DNA of 64,000 nucleotides from an uncultured Poribacteria bacterium (GCA_951813565.1 OX638351.1:4256001-4320000); one strand, 5' to 3'; positions 1 to 11,122 are shown, counted from the first letter of the stretch. The notes: a model not told the origin generated them from the letters alone. Program-made: numbers and translations.

Positions 1-572
1 ATCTCTACAGCATTGGGGAAGTATTCATCCGCTAAGTTCCATATCCACGCTGCACCATCACCAAGAAACACAATCTCTTGCGTATCTATCGCTTCTTGGT
101 AGATGCCGCTATTGGTTGCTAACGCATATAACTCCTTACCAAAATGTGCCGCATCATTACGCGTTGCGACATAACGGATACTTGTCTCTCTCGCACTTGA
201 CACCGCATCAGAACCACATTGTGGATAATCTCTGTAAACACAACCAACTTTTGTCTCTTTCCACCCATCAGGGGAGTTGGTATGACACCCATCACAACTC
301 ACAGGCCATCGCTCATTTTCTGCGAGTTTTTGAGGTGCCACTTGTTCACAGACGCTCAAATCTTCTGACCATTCACTCACTTTGTGTTGGAGCGTCGTGT
401 GGCTAACTTCTATACCTTGATGCGACAACTCCGATGCCGCTTCTCTATAGTCAAGAAGGGCAGACAGACGACACATCGTTTCAGCAACACGACGCGTGTA
501 TTGACCCAATAACTTCTGTTTGACCTCCCACGGCGCGTGACGATGTCCTTTTTTTCCGAAAACTCGCCTCAT
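1..572 (-). mobile_element. ISKra4/ISLre2-like (UPF0236) DDE transposase, apparently 5'-truncated, running off the window start
   Basis: Manual minus-strand translation is open from ATG 572 to base 1: ...VSCDGCHTNSPDGWKETKVGCVY...EIVFLGDGAAWIWNLADEYFPNAVE. The DG, WKExKVG and GDGAxWIW motifs are typical of this group. Not in the ORF track. Confidence 0.75.
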
Positions 573-875
573 GCTTTACTCGTAGAGGCTCATGTTGATC
601 AAATCTTGAGGGCTGTTGATGACTTTAAAGCTGGTTTAGACGAAAGGGAAGAACCCTACGATAATATTTCTGACATATATGAAAATCTTGGCTACTCTCT
701 GCAACACATCAAGGCATATTTTCATAAGAAAGAAGAGACTCACCTCCACAACAAGAAAGATGTCTACATTTTTGCCTACTTTGCTCGGCGACAAGTAAGG
801 GAATTGGAATATATTGCTCGTGAAGAGGATGATGAGTATAGCGGGAAATATATCTCACGAGGAGGACTCAGTTGA
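537..875 (+). CDS. hypothetical protein (5' end overlaps the transposase remnant; may be truncated)
   Basis: 112-aa ORF whose stop overlaps the next TTG start; no recognisable motif. Confidence 0.4.
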   Translation: MTMSFFSENSPHALLVEAHVDQILRAVDDFKAGLDEREEPYDNISDIYENLGYSLQHIKAYFHKKEETHLHNKKDVYIFAYFARRQVRELEYIAREEDDEYSGKYISRGGLS

Positions 876-1204
876 ATCAGGAAAATGATCATAATGCCTC
901 TCAAATGAAGGCAAGATATCTGTACGGAGCGGATGCTGAATCGCGCCTGAAAGAAGGTATTCAGAAAGTCGAGACAGATCTGAAAGAAGATATTCAAAAA
1001 CTTTAGGTAGATCTAAAAGAAAGAATTCAGAAAGTTGAGACAGATCTGAAAGAAGATATTCAGAAGATCGAGAAAAACGTCATGAACGCTATTCAAGAAG
1101 TCAAGGACAACCATAAGCGGTTAGTATCTCGCATATTTTGGGCTGTGGGTATCATTGTTTTAGTTGCCGGGGGAATAGCGGCTGCTCTAATTAGTAGAGG
1201 TTAG
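872..1204 (+). pseudogene. small coiled-coil protein with 11-residue repeats and a C-terminal TM helix, interrupted by TAG at 1004-1006
   Basis: GGAGG RBS and TTG at 872; reads LKEGIQKVETD-LKEDIQKL*VD-LKERIQKVETD-LKEDIQKIEK...RIFWAVGIIVLVAGGIAAALISRG. Confidence 0.7.
947..1072 (+). repeat. 33-bp coding tandem repeat, about 3.8 copies
   Basis: Unit approximately ctgaaagaagatattcagaaagtcgagacagat at 947, 980, 1013 and 1046. Confidence 0.85.
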
Positions 1205-1274
1205 CAAAAAAGATTTACAACAACTAATTGATTACTTGCAAGAGGGTAAAACATAGATTCGGACAAGATCCAAA

Positions 1275-2186
1275 TCACTCAGCATAATCATCAGGATTAT
1301 TCTTACGCCAATTCGGGAGATACCCTTCTGTATGTCCAAATCCGTAAGAAGGTCCAATCTGGTTTGCACTTGACCAGGGCCACGCTTGTCCACCGATAAG
1401 ACGAAATTCATCACCTTTACCACATAACCAATAGAACATGTGCGCTACATAACGTGCTACGCCGTGTCCACCGTAGGGTGCCATCTGAAAATCAAAATTC
1501 GGTTCCTGTATCCAATCGCGTGTCGGTGGCACTGTTCGCCAATAACTGTATTTGAGCATGTGGCGCAGCCCTGTGGCAGTTGACTCACCGCGCCGATGAA
1601 GGATACTTTGCGAGTGGATAACGAACGACCCCGCTGGTCCATCGCTTGCAACACCTTTCTCAGATATATCCCGACTCGTTGGCGAAATATGTGAACCAGG
1701 CAGAAGTTCCGTTGGTCCCATCTCCAGCGGCGTGTCTTGCGGAAAATAAAATACCTCCACAAAATTGATTTCGGGACCAAAAACGTGATCAGCATCGTGA
1801 TGCCAACCTTGCGCAGGCATCGGACATTCAACCCGATGATTGCTTACCAACACAGGTAAACCAACGTTCTTTCCCAACAACGAACGCAATGCTCCTGCAA
1901 GTTCCCGATTGAGAAGTACATGCTCAATATACCAATCCTCAAGTAGAATAGAGCTCGGTTCATGTGTCCCCCGAATTCGTTCCAAATCCGCATGCGTCAT
2001 GCCATCGGGAATAAAACTCGGATTGATCGGTATATCGCCATTCAGATAATCAAAGGTGCGCTGGTTAATCCTATCAGGGACGACACCTTGAAGTTGGAGG
2101 TAGCCATCACGACAAAATTGCAACACCTGTGAATCGGTGAGGGTTGGTTCGCAATCAAAGGTTCGGTTGGTCTTATCATATTGCAT
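1275..2186 (-). CDS. phytanoyl-CoA dioxygenase (PhyH) family protein
   Basis: F-RDGY N-terminus, WHHD Fe-binding motif, PGSH, distal His (ILHR). Confidence 0.85.
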   Translation of the reverse strand: MQYDKTNRTFDCEPTLTDSQVLQFCRDGYLQLQGVVPDRINQRTFDYLNGDIPINPSFIPDGMTHADLERIRGTHEPSSILLEDWYIEHVLLNRELAGALRSLLGKNVGLPVLVSNHRVECPMPAQGWHHDADHVFGPEINFVEVFYFPQDTPLEMGPTELLPGSHISPTSRDISEKGVASDGPAGSFVIHSQSILHRRGESTATGLRHMLKYSYWRTVPPTRDWIQEPNFDFQMAPYGGHGVARYVAHMFYWLCGKGDEFRLIGGQAWPWSSANQIGPSYGFGHTEGYLPNWRKNNPDDYAE

Positions 2187-2212
2187 CGTTAGGCATCTCT
2201 GGTTTACTGGTA

Positions 2213-3646
2213 TTAGACATGGTTTATCGTGGCAGGTGGCAAACCGAGTTTCTGATATGATTCAGCAGTCGGGAAAATCTTACCAGGATTACAAAGTCCA
2301 GTCGGATTGAAAATCTCTTTAACATTCGCCATCACCTGTAAATCTTCAGGACTAAAGATAAGCGGCATATAATCCATCTTTTCAATGCCGATGCCATGTT
2401 CACCCGTGATTGTGCCACCGACTTCAGCACACACAGTCAGGATTTCTTTGTTCACATGTTCCACCCGTTCACATTGGTCAGCGTCGCGTTCGTCAAAAAG
2501 AACAATCGGATGGATATTGCCATCGCCTGCATGGAAAACGTTGGCAATCGCAATCTGATATTTCTCAGAGATTTCGGAGATACGACGGAGCACTTTGGGT
2601 AACCGAGTGCGCGGCACAACGCCATCTTGCGTGATATAGTTCGGCGCAAGTCGTCCGAATGAACCGAACGCACTTTTGCGAGCCTTCCAAAGCTCCTGAC
2701 GTTCAGCATCATCTTTGGCGTAATTCACTTCGCGAGCGTTATGTTGGTTGAATATTTCCAAGATTTTGTCTGTTTGGTTCTGCATGCCTGCCTCAATACC
2801 GTCCAATTCCGCGATAAGGATTGCTTCAGCATCAAGGGGAAAACCGAACTGAAACGCCTCCTCTAATGCTCGGATAACGAGAGTATCCATCATTTCAAGT
2901 GCCGCAGGAATAATGCCCGCACCTATAATCGTTGACACAGCATTTGAAGCATCGTCCATTTTATCAAAAACGGCAAGCGCAGTCTGATATGCTTGCGGAT
3001 TCCGTGTGAGGCGAACTGTCGCTTTTGTCACGATACCGAATGTGCCTTCAGAACCGATTAGCACGCCGCGCAGGTCATAACCGGGTACTTCTTCAATTTC
3101 CCCGCCAAATTCAATTATTTCACCATCCGGCATCACGACCTCCAGGCCGAGGACATGGTCAGAAGTAACACCATATTTTAAAGTGTGCGGACCACCAGAG
3201 TTTTCAGCGATATTGCCACCGATTGTGCATGCCTTTTGGCTTGATGGGTCTGGCGCGTAGTGGTACCCCTGCGCCTGCACTGCTTGAGACAAAAGGAGAT
3301 TGACAACCCCAGGCTCAACCACTGCGCGTCCGTTTTCAATATCTATCTCAAGGATGCTGTCCATCCGATTGAGTGCGATGATAATCCCACCTTGGACAGA
3401 GAGCATCCCACCACTTAAACCTGTCCCACCACCGCGCGCAATGAACGGTGCGTTATACTTGTTCGCTAATTTAACAATATCCGATACTTGCTGCGTTGTG
3501 TCTGCAAAGACAACGACATCCGGCATTGCTTTAAATGAAGGTGCTGCATCACATTCGTATACCGATAGTGCAGTTGCATCTGTTAGGACATTTTTAGAAC
3601 CGAGAAGTTCAGTGAGTTCTGCGATAAGTTGTTCTTTCTGGTCCAT
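2213..3646 (-). CDS. glcD: FAD-linked oxidase, glycolate oxidase subunit GlcD-like
   Basis: RGGGTGLSGG, PDPSS, GSEGTFG, HAGDGNIHP, GEHGIG and NPGK motifs. Confidence 0.85.
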   Translation of the reverse strand: MDQKEQLIAELTELLGSKNVLTDATALSVYECDAAPSFKAMPDVVVFADTTQQVSDIVKLANKYNAPFIARGGGTGLSGGMLSVQGGIIIALNRMDSILEIDIENGRAVVEPGVVNLLLSQAVQAQGYHYAPDPSSQKACTIGGNIAENSGGPHTLKYGVTSDHVLGLEVVMPDGEIIEFGGEIEEVPGYDLRGVLIGSEGTFGIVTKATVRLTRNPQAYQTALAVFDKMDDASNAVSTIIGAGIIPAALEMMDTLVIRALEEAFQFGFPLDAEAILIAELDGIEAGMQNQTDKILEIFNQHNAREVNYAKDDAERQELWKARKSAFGSFGRLAPNYITQDGVVPRTRLPKVLRRISEISEKYQIAIANVFHAGDGNIHPIVLFDERDADQCERVEHVNKEILTVCAEVGGTITGEHGIGIEKMDYMPLIFSPEDLQVMANVKEIFNPTGLCNPGKIFPTAESYQKLGLPPATINHV

Positions 3647-3873
3647 GGAATTTTCCTTTGTTCCTAATGATAAATTGTGCTATTTCAGATTACCATATTT
3701 TGATTTGTTTGTCCAATTAGAATATTCTGAAGTATTAATTTTTTGGCATTGTATAGTCAAAAATGTTATAATAGAAACAAGTGCTAAATTAATAGCGTTT
3801 AATTCGGGAAAATTCGTTAAATTCTTAATCCTAACAAGGCACGCCAAAGCGTGTGGAAAATGAAGGAGACATA

Positions 3874-4653
3874 ATGCGAAAATTAGCTTTGATATTGGGA
3901 ATTGTCTGTTCAATCGTATGGCTGATGCCACATATTAGTTCTGCTAAGATTGACCCAGATACAGCGGTCGGTGTTTGGCTGTTTGACGAAGGTGCTGGTG
4001 ATGATGTAAAAGATGCTTCAGGTAAGGGCAATGATGGTAAGATTAATGGTGCTAAGTGGAAAGATGGAAAATTCGGTGATGGACTTGAATTTGATGGTGC
4101 ACATTGGGTGTCCATAGAATCAACGCCAGATCTACAGCTTGGAGATAAACATACCATGATGGCGTGGTTTTTTGCCACAGATATTGCAAGTTGGAGACAG
4201 CTTATCGCTAAAAACAACGAATATCTTTTACGTATTGATCCACCTGGAGAAGGTAACAAGATGTCTGCATTTGTCCACTTGGGTGGGTGGGAACCGAGAG
4301 CCTCTGCAAATGTTCCTGATACGGATACTTGGATCCACTTCGCTGCAACTTACGACAGTTCAGAAAACAATAACCAACTTGTTGTTTATGTCAACGGTGT
4401 ACAGGCAGGTGCCAGCACACGTCCCGGCAAAGGTACAGGAAATGCTGATCCTGTTACTATCGGAAGATGGAATAACGGTTCATATTTCTTCGGTATTATT
4501 GATGAAGTGGCAATATTTAAAGATGTACTTACTGAAGATGATTTGAAAACAATCATGGATAACGGTTTAGATAAAGCACTCGGTGGCGTTGCAGCTGTTG
4601 ATGCATCTAATAAACTAACTACAACGTGGGCGAATCTAAAGTCTGATAGATAG
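3874..4653 (+). CDS. secreted LamG/concanavalin-like domain protein with C-terminal KLTTTW motif
   Basis: Signal peptide, GVWLFDEG, WIHFAATYD, YVNG, GIIDEVAIF; ends VDASNKLTTTWANLK; AAGGAG RBS before ATG 3874. Confidence 0.85.
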   Translation: MRKLALILGIVCSIVWLMPHISSAKIDPDTAVGVWLFDEGAGDDVKDASGKGNDGKINGAKWKDGKFGDGLEFDGAHWVSIESTPDLQLGDKHTMMAWFFATDIASWRQLIAKNNEYLLRIDPPGEGNKMSAFVHLGGWEPRASANVPDTDTWIHFAATYDSSENNNQLVVYVNGVQAGASTRPGKGTGNADPVTIGRWNNGSYFFGIIDEVAIFKDVLTEDDLKTIMDNGLDKALGGVAAVDASNKLTTTWANLKSDR

Positions 4654-4767
4654 TTTATCATTATTGTAACGCGTTGTGCCAGTTAACATTTGGTATATTT
4701 ATATTTCACATGTTCCTCTTGTTTGGGTTTGCATTCCGCAACTTTTCCGATAGCTGCTGTCCTCAAG

Positions 4768-4990
4768 GTAGGAGGGAACTCCGATTCCCGACTGCAAACG
4801 TGTCGCGATTCGGAGATCGCTCCTACAAAATATGACAACCTATCTCATAAATTACTTGTAGGGCGAGGTCTCTGTGCCTCGCCATGTCTCAGGATCGAAA
4901 CAACGGGCGGGCACAGGGACCCGCCCCTACAATACAAGTGAACTTCAGTGCAAATAACGAGTAAAACCCAAAAATCGGATTTATGAGATA
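4768..4990. repeat. two inverted REP-like (GTAG-headed) doublets; the second is enclosed by a 12-bp terminal inverted repeat
   Basis: gtaggagggaactccgattcccgac / gtcgcgattcggagatcgctcctac (4768-4826); gtagggcgaggtctctgtgcctcgcc / ggcgggcacagggacccgcccctac (4858-4930); tatctcataaat 4841 / atttatgagata 4990. Confidence 0.8.
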
Positions 4991-5300
4991 CACTCGAACA
5001 ATTGTGAAAAACAACAAAACTTTCACTTAACTGGCACAAGTCGTTATTGTAATGAAAAGTTGGGCGGATATGAACACTTCCGCCTTTCAACCCAATTCGT
5101 TCTATAACAATTACGAATACTATTCAAAATCCGATTTTCCAACCTGAATCTTCTTAACTCTTACCACTCCGAATTTGATCCATAATAATCCCTCTTACCC
5201 ATAGCAGTCTTACTGTTTTTGGCAAGAAAACAGTAAACGTTCCTTGCTATACCTCCAGGTAACATGCTATAATAACTACACGCAAAAAGGAGGATTGGCG

Positions 5301-6037
5301 ATGAGAAAATTTTTTATTTTTATTTGTGGAATCTTAATTGTCAGTCTAAACTCTACTGTTTCTGCTGGTGTTTGGACAGATAATTTTGATGGTAACAACC
5401 TTTCAGATGGATGGTAATTTCGTGACCATAACAACAAACAAACGAAGTATGAAGTAAAGGACGGATTCCTACGAATCACTAATCCGGTAATTGGGGACAT
5501 ACAACAGCCGATAAACCGATGATTGAAAGGGACGTCCCAAATAGTGTTGCGAAAAATATTACAGTGAGCGGGATTTTTACCTCTGATCCTGACAAACCTG
5601 CCGATGCATGGATCGGTATTTTTATTTATAGTGATGACGATTTAAACTATGCGTGTTTGTTGTTCGGAGGAGAATCAAATCAAGCACAAAAGACACTCAT
5701 CGGGAGTATGGTCAAAGCAAATTGGAATAACCACGGACACCCTCAGACCAGCTTTGATGTTCCGATTCATCTCAAACTTGTCAAAGAGGACGATGTCTTT
5801 TCGGGCTATTTCCGCGAGAGCGAAAAGGATGATTAGACTCTCGCTGGAAATAAAATGTGGAACCACAAATTTGATGTTAAACAGGTCGGTATCGGATTCA
5901 TGAACAACTGGGGCGGCAAAACAGTCACTTTTATTGTTGATCAACTCTCTATTGAAGGTGATGGGATTAAACCGTTTCCAGTTGAACCCAAAGGCAAGTT
6001 GGCAACAACGTGGGGAACACTCAAAGCAGCTCAATAA
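5301..6037 (+). pseudogene. secreted beta-sandwich protein with KLATTW tail, carrying three lesions
   Basis: AGGAGG and ATG 5301, signal peptide MRKFFIFICGILIVSLNSTVSA; TAA at 5415-5417, 1-nt frameshift near 5486, TAG at 5834-5836; ends PVEPKGKLATTWGTLK. Joins ORFs 5519-5836 and 5855-6037. Confidence 0.85.
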
Positions 6038-6065
6038 TCACACAGCCTACATTGATTTGAAATGC

Positions 6066-6096
6066 GGCGGGTGTGAAGAACATCCGCCTTTATTAT
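6066..6096 (+). terminator. possible intrinsic terminator
   Basis: ggcgggtgt-gaaga-acatccgcc hairpin followed by tttattat. Confidence 0.4.
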
Positions 6097-6443
6097 GCTT
6101 TAACGTCATTAGATATGTAATCAATAGTATATCAGCTTTTTATCAATGAAATAATTTATACCTAAAAACATATAGTACTACCCCACATTCCGCAGTTGTT
6201 TAATCAGAATTTAATATTTATAGGACAAACCCGTGTCACGAAAGGATCCGTGCCGGATAATAGGAGATTTGGTGCCGTGAATTAAGATTCCACTTGTCAC
6301 TTTTCTTTTTTTCTGGTTCACCTGAAATTGCTTGCTCGATGTAGGTGCCACGCAGGTTTGAGAAATAAATATCGAAAATCGGAAATTCGAAGTGCGGAAT
6401 GTAGGTACTACGTAAATAAACACTAAGGAGAAATATTACCATC

Positions 6444-9400
6444 ATGTCCATCCCAAAAATGTCTGTGAACAACCCTGTTTTAGCGAACATGCTAATGATT
6501 CTTATTATTATTTTTGGGTTGTATGCATGGATAAACCTACCAAGGGAACTCACCCCGGAAATCGCCCTACAAAGTGCTACCGTAACGACACTCTACCCCG
6601 GTGCCTCTCCAGAAGAGGTAGAAAAACTTGTATCTGCTCCAATTGAAGATGCAATTGAGGAAAACGTCAACAAAATCAATTTAATGCTGTCCACCTCTTC
6701 AGAGGGAAGATCGGTCATTTCAGTCGATTTTGATGAGATGAGCGATCGAGAATTCGACAAGGAGATGGAAAATCTACGAACAGCTGTTGAAGGTGTGAAT
6801 GATCTACCGGAAGAGATTTTAGACGATCCCAAAGTTATGGAATTGGATGTTTCTTCTGGTTTTCCGATGCTGACAATTGTTGTCGGGGGAAGCATCTCAG
6901 AAGCGCAAATGCGGGATATTGCTGAAAATTTGAAGGACGAGATATTAGAAGTAAAAAATATCGCTTCAGTTCAAATAGCCGGACTTCGTGAGCGAGAAAT
7001 TTGGATTGAGGTGAACCCAGATCGGTTGAAAGCATATAATCTCCCAATTACTGCTGTTACCATGGCGCTGCAAGCGAGGAATTTAAATTTACCAGCAGGA
7101 ACGATGGAAATAGGGAACACTGAGTTTATGGTACGCACAATGGGAGAATTTCCCAATCCGGACTATATCGGTGATACAATTATCAGAGTTCAGCCAACGG
7201 GAACACCACTTCGCCTACGTGATATCGCCACTGTTTCTGATGACTATGAGGAAGCACGCACACTTTCACGGATTGATGGCGAACCTTCTATCAGTTTAAG
7301 CGTTCAAAAAAAGAAAGAGGGCAACACCATCTCTTTGGTAGCAGAACTTCGAGATTTAGTTAAAGAACGTCAGGCGGATCTTCCTGAGGGTGCCGTGTTG
7401 ACACCCGTCAACGACTATTCTGTGATCTTAAAAGAGAGGTTGGGTATTCTTGAAACAAACGCAATTTTCGGGCTTATTCTCGTTATATTAATGCTTTTCC
7501 TGTTTATCGGTTGGCGAAATGCGTTGTTTGCCGCACTCGGCATTCCAGTAGCGTTTATGGCGACATTTTGGTTCATGTCACTGGCCGGGTATACGCTGAG
7601 CGGCGTAGCACTGTTCGGTCTCATCTTAGTTGTTGGGATTGTTGTTGACGATGCCATTGTTGTTATAGAGAACACCTATCGACACATTGAGGCAGGTGAA
7701 TCGCCAAAAGTTGCTGCTATTCGCGGGGCAGAAGAGGTTGGTTGGCCTGTTTTAGCGGCAAGTTTGACAACAATTGGCGCATTTGGTCCCTTGATGTTTA
7801 TGTCCGGTGTTTCAGGACAGTTCATGCGGATCGTGCCAATAATGGCGATTATCGTCTTGGTGGCTTCTCTCTTTGAAGTCTTCGTTATTTTGCCAGCACA
7901 CGTATCTGAGTGGGGAAAAGCCATAACCCGGACAGGACGCAGTAGACTTGACAACCTCCGCACCCGATCTCCACGTGCTTTTACCTTGAGCATCCTTTTT
8001 ACAGGCTTTTTTGCATGGTTCACCACGATTTTTGACCTTATTCGGAACCGATATGTTAGAATCTTGAAAATAACGATCCGAAAAAGGTATGTATTTGTCG
8101 GAAGTGTTATTTTCATTGGAGTGATTGCGTGCGTCAGTGCTTTTTTAGTACTCGACAAGGAGCTTTTTCCGGGTGAAGATTTTCCGCAATTTTACGTCAA
8201 GGCAGAGATGCCACCGTCCTACGGTATGCAAGAGACAACAGATGTTGTCGCACAGCTTGAAGATGCAGCCAAAACTTTGCCGGAAGATGAGATTGCTGCT
8301 ATTGTCAGCAACATCGGTTTACATACACCTACCTCAGGTCTTTTTGAAGGCGTTACCTACGGTTCTAATTTTGGTGAACTCATCATTGAACTTGTCCCTA
8401 AAGATCAACGCACTCGGAATACTGATGAGATCATCGCGACCTTGAGAAACAAAACTGCTAATATAAGTGGCATTGAAAAACTCAATTTTGTCAAACTCGA
8501 AGGCGGTCCACCACAGGGACAGGATGTTGAGGTGAAGGTGAAGGGCACACGTTTTGAAACGTTAGCAGAAATTGCTGATCGACTAAAGGTAACATTAAGT
8601 CAGATAGATGGTGTTGAAGACGTTCGCGATGATTTTCGTATCGGCAAATCTGAATTGCGAATCTATTTGAAACCTGAAAAAGCAGCCTTATTTGGAATGT
8701 CTACCCTACAAGTTGCACAAACCGTTCGGACCGCTATTGAAGGCGCGAAAGCCACTACCTATCGTGAGGCTGATGAAGCGATTGATGTGATCGTCAAATA
8801 CAACGAAGACAGTTTACAAACGATTGAAGGAATTAGAGATATGTTAATTGCTACACCTACGGGTTTGATTGTTCCCTTAAAAGATGTTGCTGTAATAGCT
8901 AAGGAAAAAGGATATGCGGATATCCGCCGATTTGAAGGTGAACGCGCAATCTCTGTTTATGCTGTCGTTGATAGAACGAAAACCACACCTTTTAAAGTGA
9001 ACCAAGAGTTAATCAGTGCCTTCGCTAATGTTGAAGCATTGTACCCGGGTTATCGGCTCGATTTCCGTGGGGTTTTCGACGAAATACGGGAATCCTTTTC
9101 AGAGCTATGGAAACTATTTATTGTTGGAATTCTTGTTATCTATATGATATTAGGCGCACAATTCAAATCGTTTACGCAGCCAATTATAATTCTTTTTGCC
9201 GTGCCGTTTGGTATGATAGGGGCGATGGTTGGGCTACTCCTTTCCAATGCAACACTCAGTATGGTGGCAATGTTCGGGATTGTCGCGCTTGCGGGAATTG
9301 TCGTGAACGATTCAATTGTGATGATTGATTTTATCAATAAGTACCGAGAACGTGGTTTTAACAGATGGTATGCCATTCTGAAAGGTGGAAGCGTACGTTT

Positions 9401-9671
9401 ACGCCCAATTATTTTAACTTCAGTAACGACAATTTTTGGACTAATTCCGATGGCACTTGGACTTGGTGGAAAATCCCCTATCTGGCAGCCGATGGCAAAT
9501 ACCATCATCTTTGGTCTTGCCTTTGCAACGATTATGACGCTGTTTGTGATGCCTTCCTTGTATGCAATCACAACAGACCTACGCGGGGTTTTCCTTAAAG
9601 ACCCAGAGGCGCGGTTCCGCACTGTTTCAGATGAAGAATTGTTAGGTGCTGCTGTTCCAGCTGATGATTAA
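6444..9671 (+). CDS. RND efflux transporter permease (AcrB/AcrD/AcrF family)
   Basis: 1075 aa; YPGASPEEVE, GIVVDDAIVV and RLRPIILTS motifs. Confidence 0.95.
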   Translation: MSIPKMSVNNPVLANMLMILIIIFGLYAWINLPRELTPEIALQSATVTTLYPGASPEEVEKLVSAPIEDAIEENVNKINLMLSTSSEGRSVISVDFDEMSDREFDKEMENLRTAVEGVNDLPEEILDDPKVMELDVSSGFPMLTIVVGGSISEAQMRDIAENLKDEILEVKNIASVQIAGLREREIWIEVNPDRLKAYNLPITAVTMALQARNLNLPAGTMEIGNTEFMVRTMGEFPNPDYIGDTIIRVQPTGTPLRLRDIATVSDDYEEARTLSRIDGEPSISLSVQKKKEGNTISLVAELRDLVKERQADLPEGAVLTPVNDYSVILKERLGILETNAIFGLILVILMLFLFIGWRNALFAALGIPVAFMATFWFMSLAGYTLSGVALFGLILVVGIVVDDAIVVIENTYRHIEAGESPKVAAIRGAEEVGWPVLAASLTTIGAFGPLMFMSGVSGQFMRIVPIMAIIVLVASLFEVFVILPAHVSEWGKAITRTGRSRLDNLRTRSPRAFTLSILFTGFFAWFTTIFDLIRNRYVRILKITIRKRYVFVGSVIFIGVIACVSAFLVLDKELFPGEDFPQFYVKAEMPPSYGMQETTDVVAQLEDAAKTLPEDEIAAIVSNIGLHTPTSGLFEGVTYGSNFGELIIELVPKDQRTRNTDEIIATLRNKTANISGIEKLNFVKLEGGPPQGQDVEVKVKGTRFETLAEIADRLKVTLSQIDGVEDVRDDFRIGKSELRIYLKPEKAALFGMSTLQVAQTVRTAIEGAKATTYREADEAIDVIVKYNEDSLQTIEGIRDMLIATPTGLIVPLKDVAVIAKEKGYADIRRFEGERAISVYAVVDRTKTTPFKVNQELISAFANVEALYPGYRLDFRGVFDEIRESFSELWKLFIVGILVIYMILGAQFKSFTQPIIILFAVPFGMIGAMVGLLLSNATLSMVAMFGIVALAGIVVNDSIVMIDFINKYRERGFNRWYAILKGGSVRLRPIILTSVTTIFGLIPMALGLGGKSPIWQPMANTIIFGLAFATIMTLFVMPSLYAITTDLRGVFLKDPEARFRTVSDEELLGAAVPADD

Positions 9672-9841
9672 AATTTAATACTTAACAATCTTTGCAGTGA
9701 AGAAGCAAGACAGTATGCTTCTTGCAACAACTCACTCAGGTAGCAATTGACAATTTATTTTTAGAAGTGCCCAGATATGTTATGATTCTAATATGAATGA
9801 AATAGTCTGAATGATGCCACAATGAGCATGGAGAATATAAA

Positions 9842-11119
9842 ATGGCAACGTTAGAAGGTTTCAGAGTGAGAAATTTCGGAGTTCTCAAGGATGTGACACT
9901 CGGTCGTCTTTGGGACAGACAGAAGGAAGAAGCACTAACTCCAATGACTGCAATAATCGGAAAAAATGGGGTCGGTAAGAGTGCTTTATTTGATGCTTTC
10001 GGTTTCTTGTCCGATGCGCTTAACTTTAATAATATTGAGGAGGCTTGTGATGCACGTGGACGTGGCGGCTTTAATAAAATGCGAACGCAAGGGGCAACAG
10101 TTCCTATTGAATTTGATGTGTACTACAGAGAACACGGAAATGCCAGACCGATTACATACCAAATTGCCATTGCCATGGACAAATTTGGACGTCCTTATGT
10201 GCTGCGAGAACGTCTTCGACAGAGGCGTAAGGGACAGAAGCGTGGTTGGCCCTTTTCTTTTTTAATGTTAAATGACGGTAATGGTGTAGCATGGAAAGGT
10301 GAGCAAGTAGGACTTCAAATTATCGAAGAAACAGAAGATTTTGATCTTTTCAAAGAATTGAGAAAAGAAAGAGAATCTGGAGAAACAGAAAATATTGAAT
10401 TAGATGATCCTCGAAAACTTGGTATTGCTACACTTGGTGCCTTAAAACAACATCCCCGAATCGCTGCTTTTCGTAGATTCATTGAAGGGTGGTATCTCAG
10501 TTACTTCACTCCCGATGCAGCACGTAGCCTGCCACTTTCGGGACCACAAGAACACTTAAATATTCACGGAGATAACCTTGGCAACGTTGTGCAATTTATG
10601 GAACGCGAACATCCACAACGTTTCAAAGCGATTCTAAAGAAAATCGCTGATAAAATACCAGGGATAGATCAAATTGATACAGAAAAAACGAGTGACGGTA
10701 GATTGTTATTAAGATTTAATGATAAAGGCTTCCAAGATCCTTTTTACGCGCAGCAGATGTCCGATGGGACACTTAAATTATTCGCCTATCTGTTGATGCT
10801 TGAAGATCCAACTCCACCTCCGTTTATTTGTATTGAGGAACCGGAAAACGGCTTGTACCATAAACTATTAGAAATTCTCGCTACCGAATTCCGAGAACAT
10901 GCAACGGGACTTAAAGGTGGCTCACAGGTTTTTGTTACGACGCATCAGCCATACTTTGTTGATGCATTAGGCCCGAAAGAGGTTTGGATTCTGGAAAAGG
11001 GCGAAGATGGGTTTTCTAATATTCGTCGAGCAAGTGAAGATACGCTCGTGAACAACCTTGTTGAGGAGGGACTTCCCTTGGGTGGACTTTGGTACAGTGA
11101 CTATCTCGATCCGAGGTGA
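9842..11119 (+). CDS. ABC-type/AAA_21 ATPase (AbiEii/OLD-like)
   Basis: Walker A GKNGVGKS, signature MSDGT, Walker B IEEPENGL, H-loop TTH. Confidence 0.9.
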   Translation: MATLEGFRVRNFGVLKDVTLGRLWDRQKEEALTPMTAIIGKNGVGKSALFDAFGFLSDALNFNNIEEACDARGRGGFNKMRTQGATVPIEFDVYYREHGNARPITYQIAIAMDKFGRPYVLRERLRQRRKGQKRGWPFSFLMLNDGNGVAWKGEQVGLQIIEETEDFDLFKELRKERESGETENIELDDPRKLGIATLGALKQHPRIAAFRRFIEGWYLSYFTPDAARSLPLSGPQEHLNIHGDNLGNVVQFMEREHPQRFKAILKKIADKIPGIDQIDTEKTSDGRLLLRFNDKGFQDPFYAQQMSDGTLKLFAYLLMLEDPTPPPFICIEEPENGLYHKLLEILATEFREHATGLKGGSQVFVTTHQPYFVDALGPKEVWILEKGEDGFSNIRRASEDTLVNNLVEEGLPLGGLWYSDYLDPR

Positions 11120-11122
11120 TAA

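Noticed and set aside
1004..5836. Pyrrolysine or amber recoding at TAG 1004 and TAG 5834
   Set aside because: Both are one change from the expected GAG or TGG; the second gene also has a TAA and a frameshift; TAG is used as a normal stop elsewhere in the window
6220..6420. Riboswitch upstream of the RND gene
   Set aside because: Only a weak inverted repeat; no aptamer consensus that I can recognise
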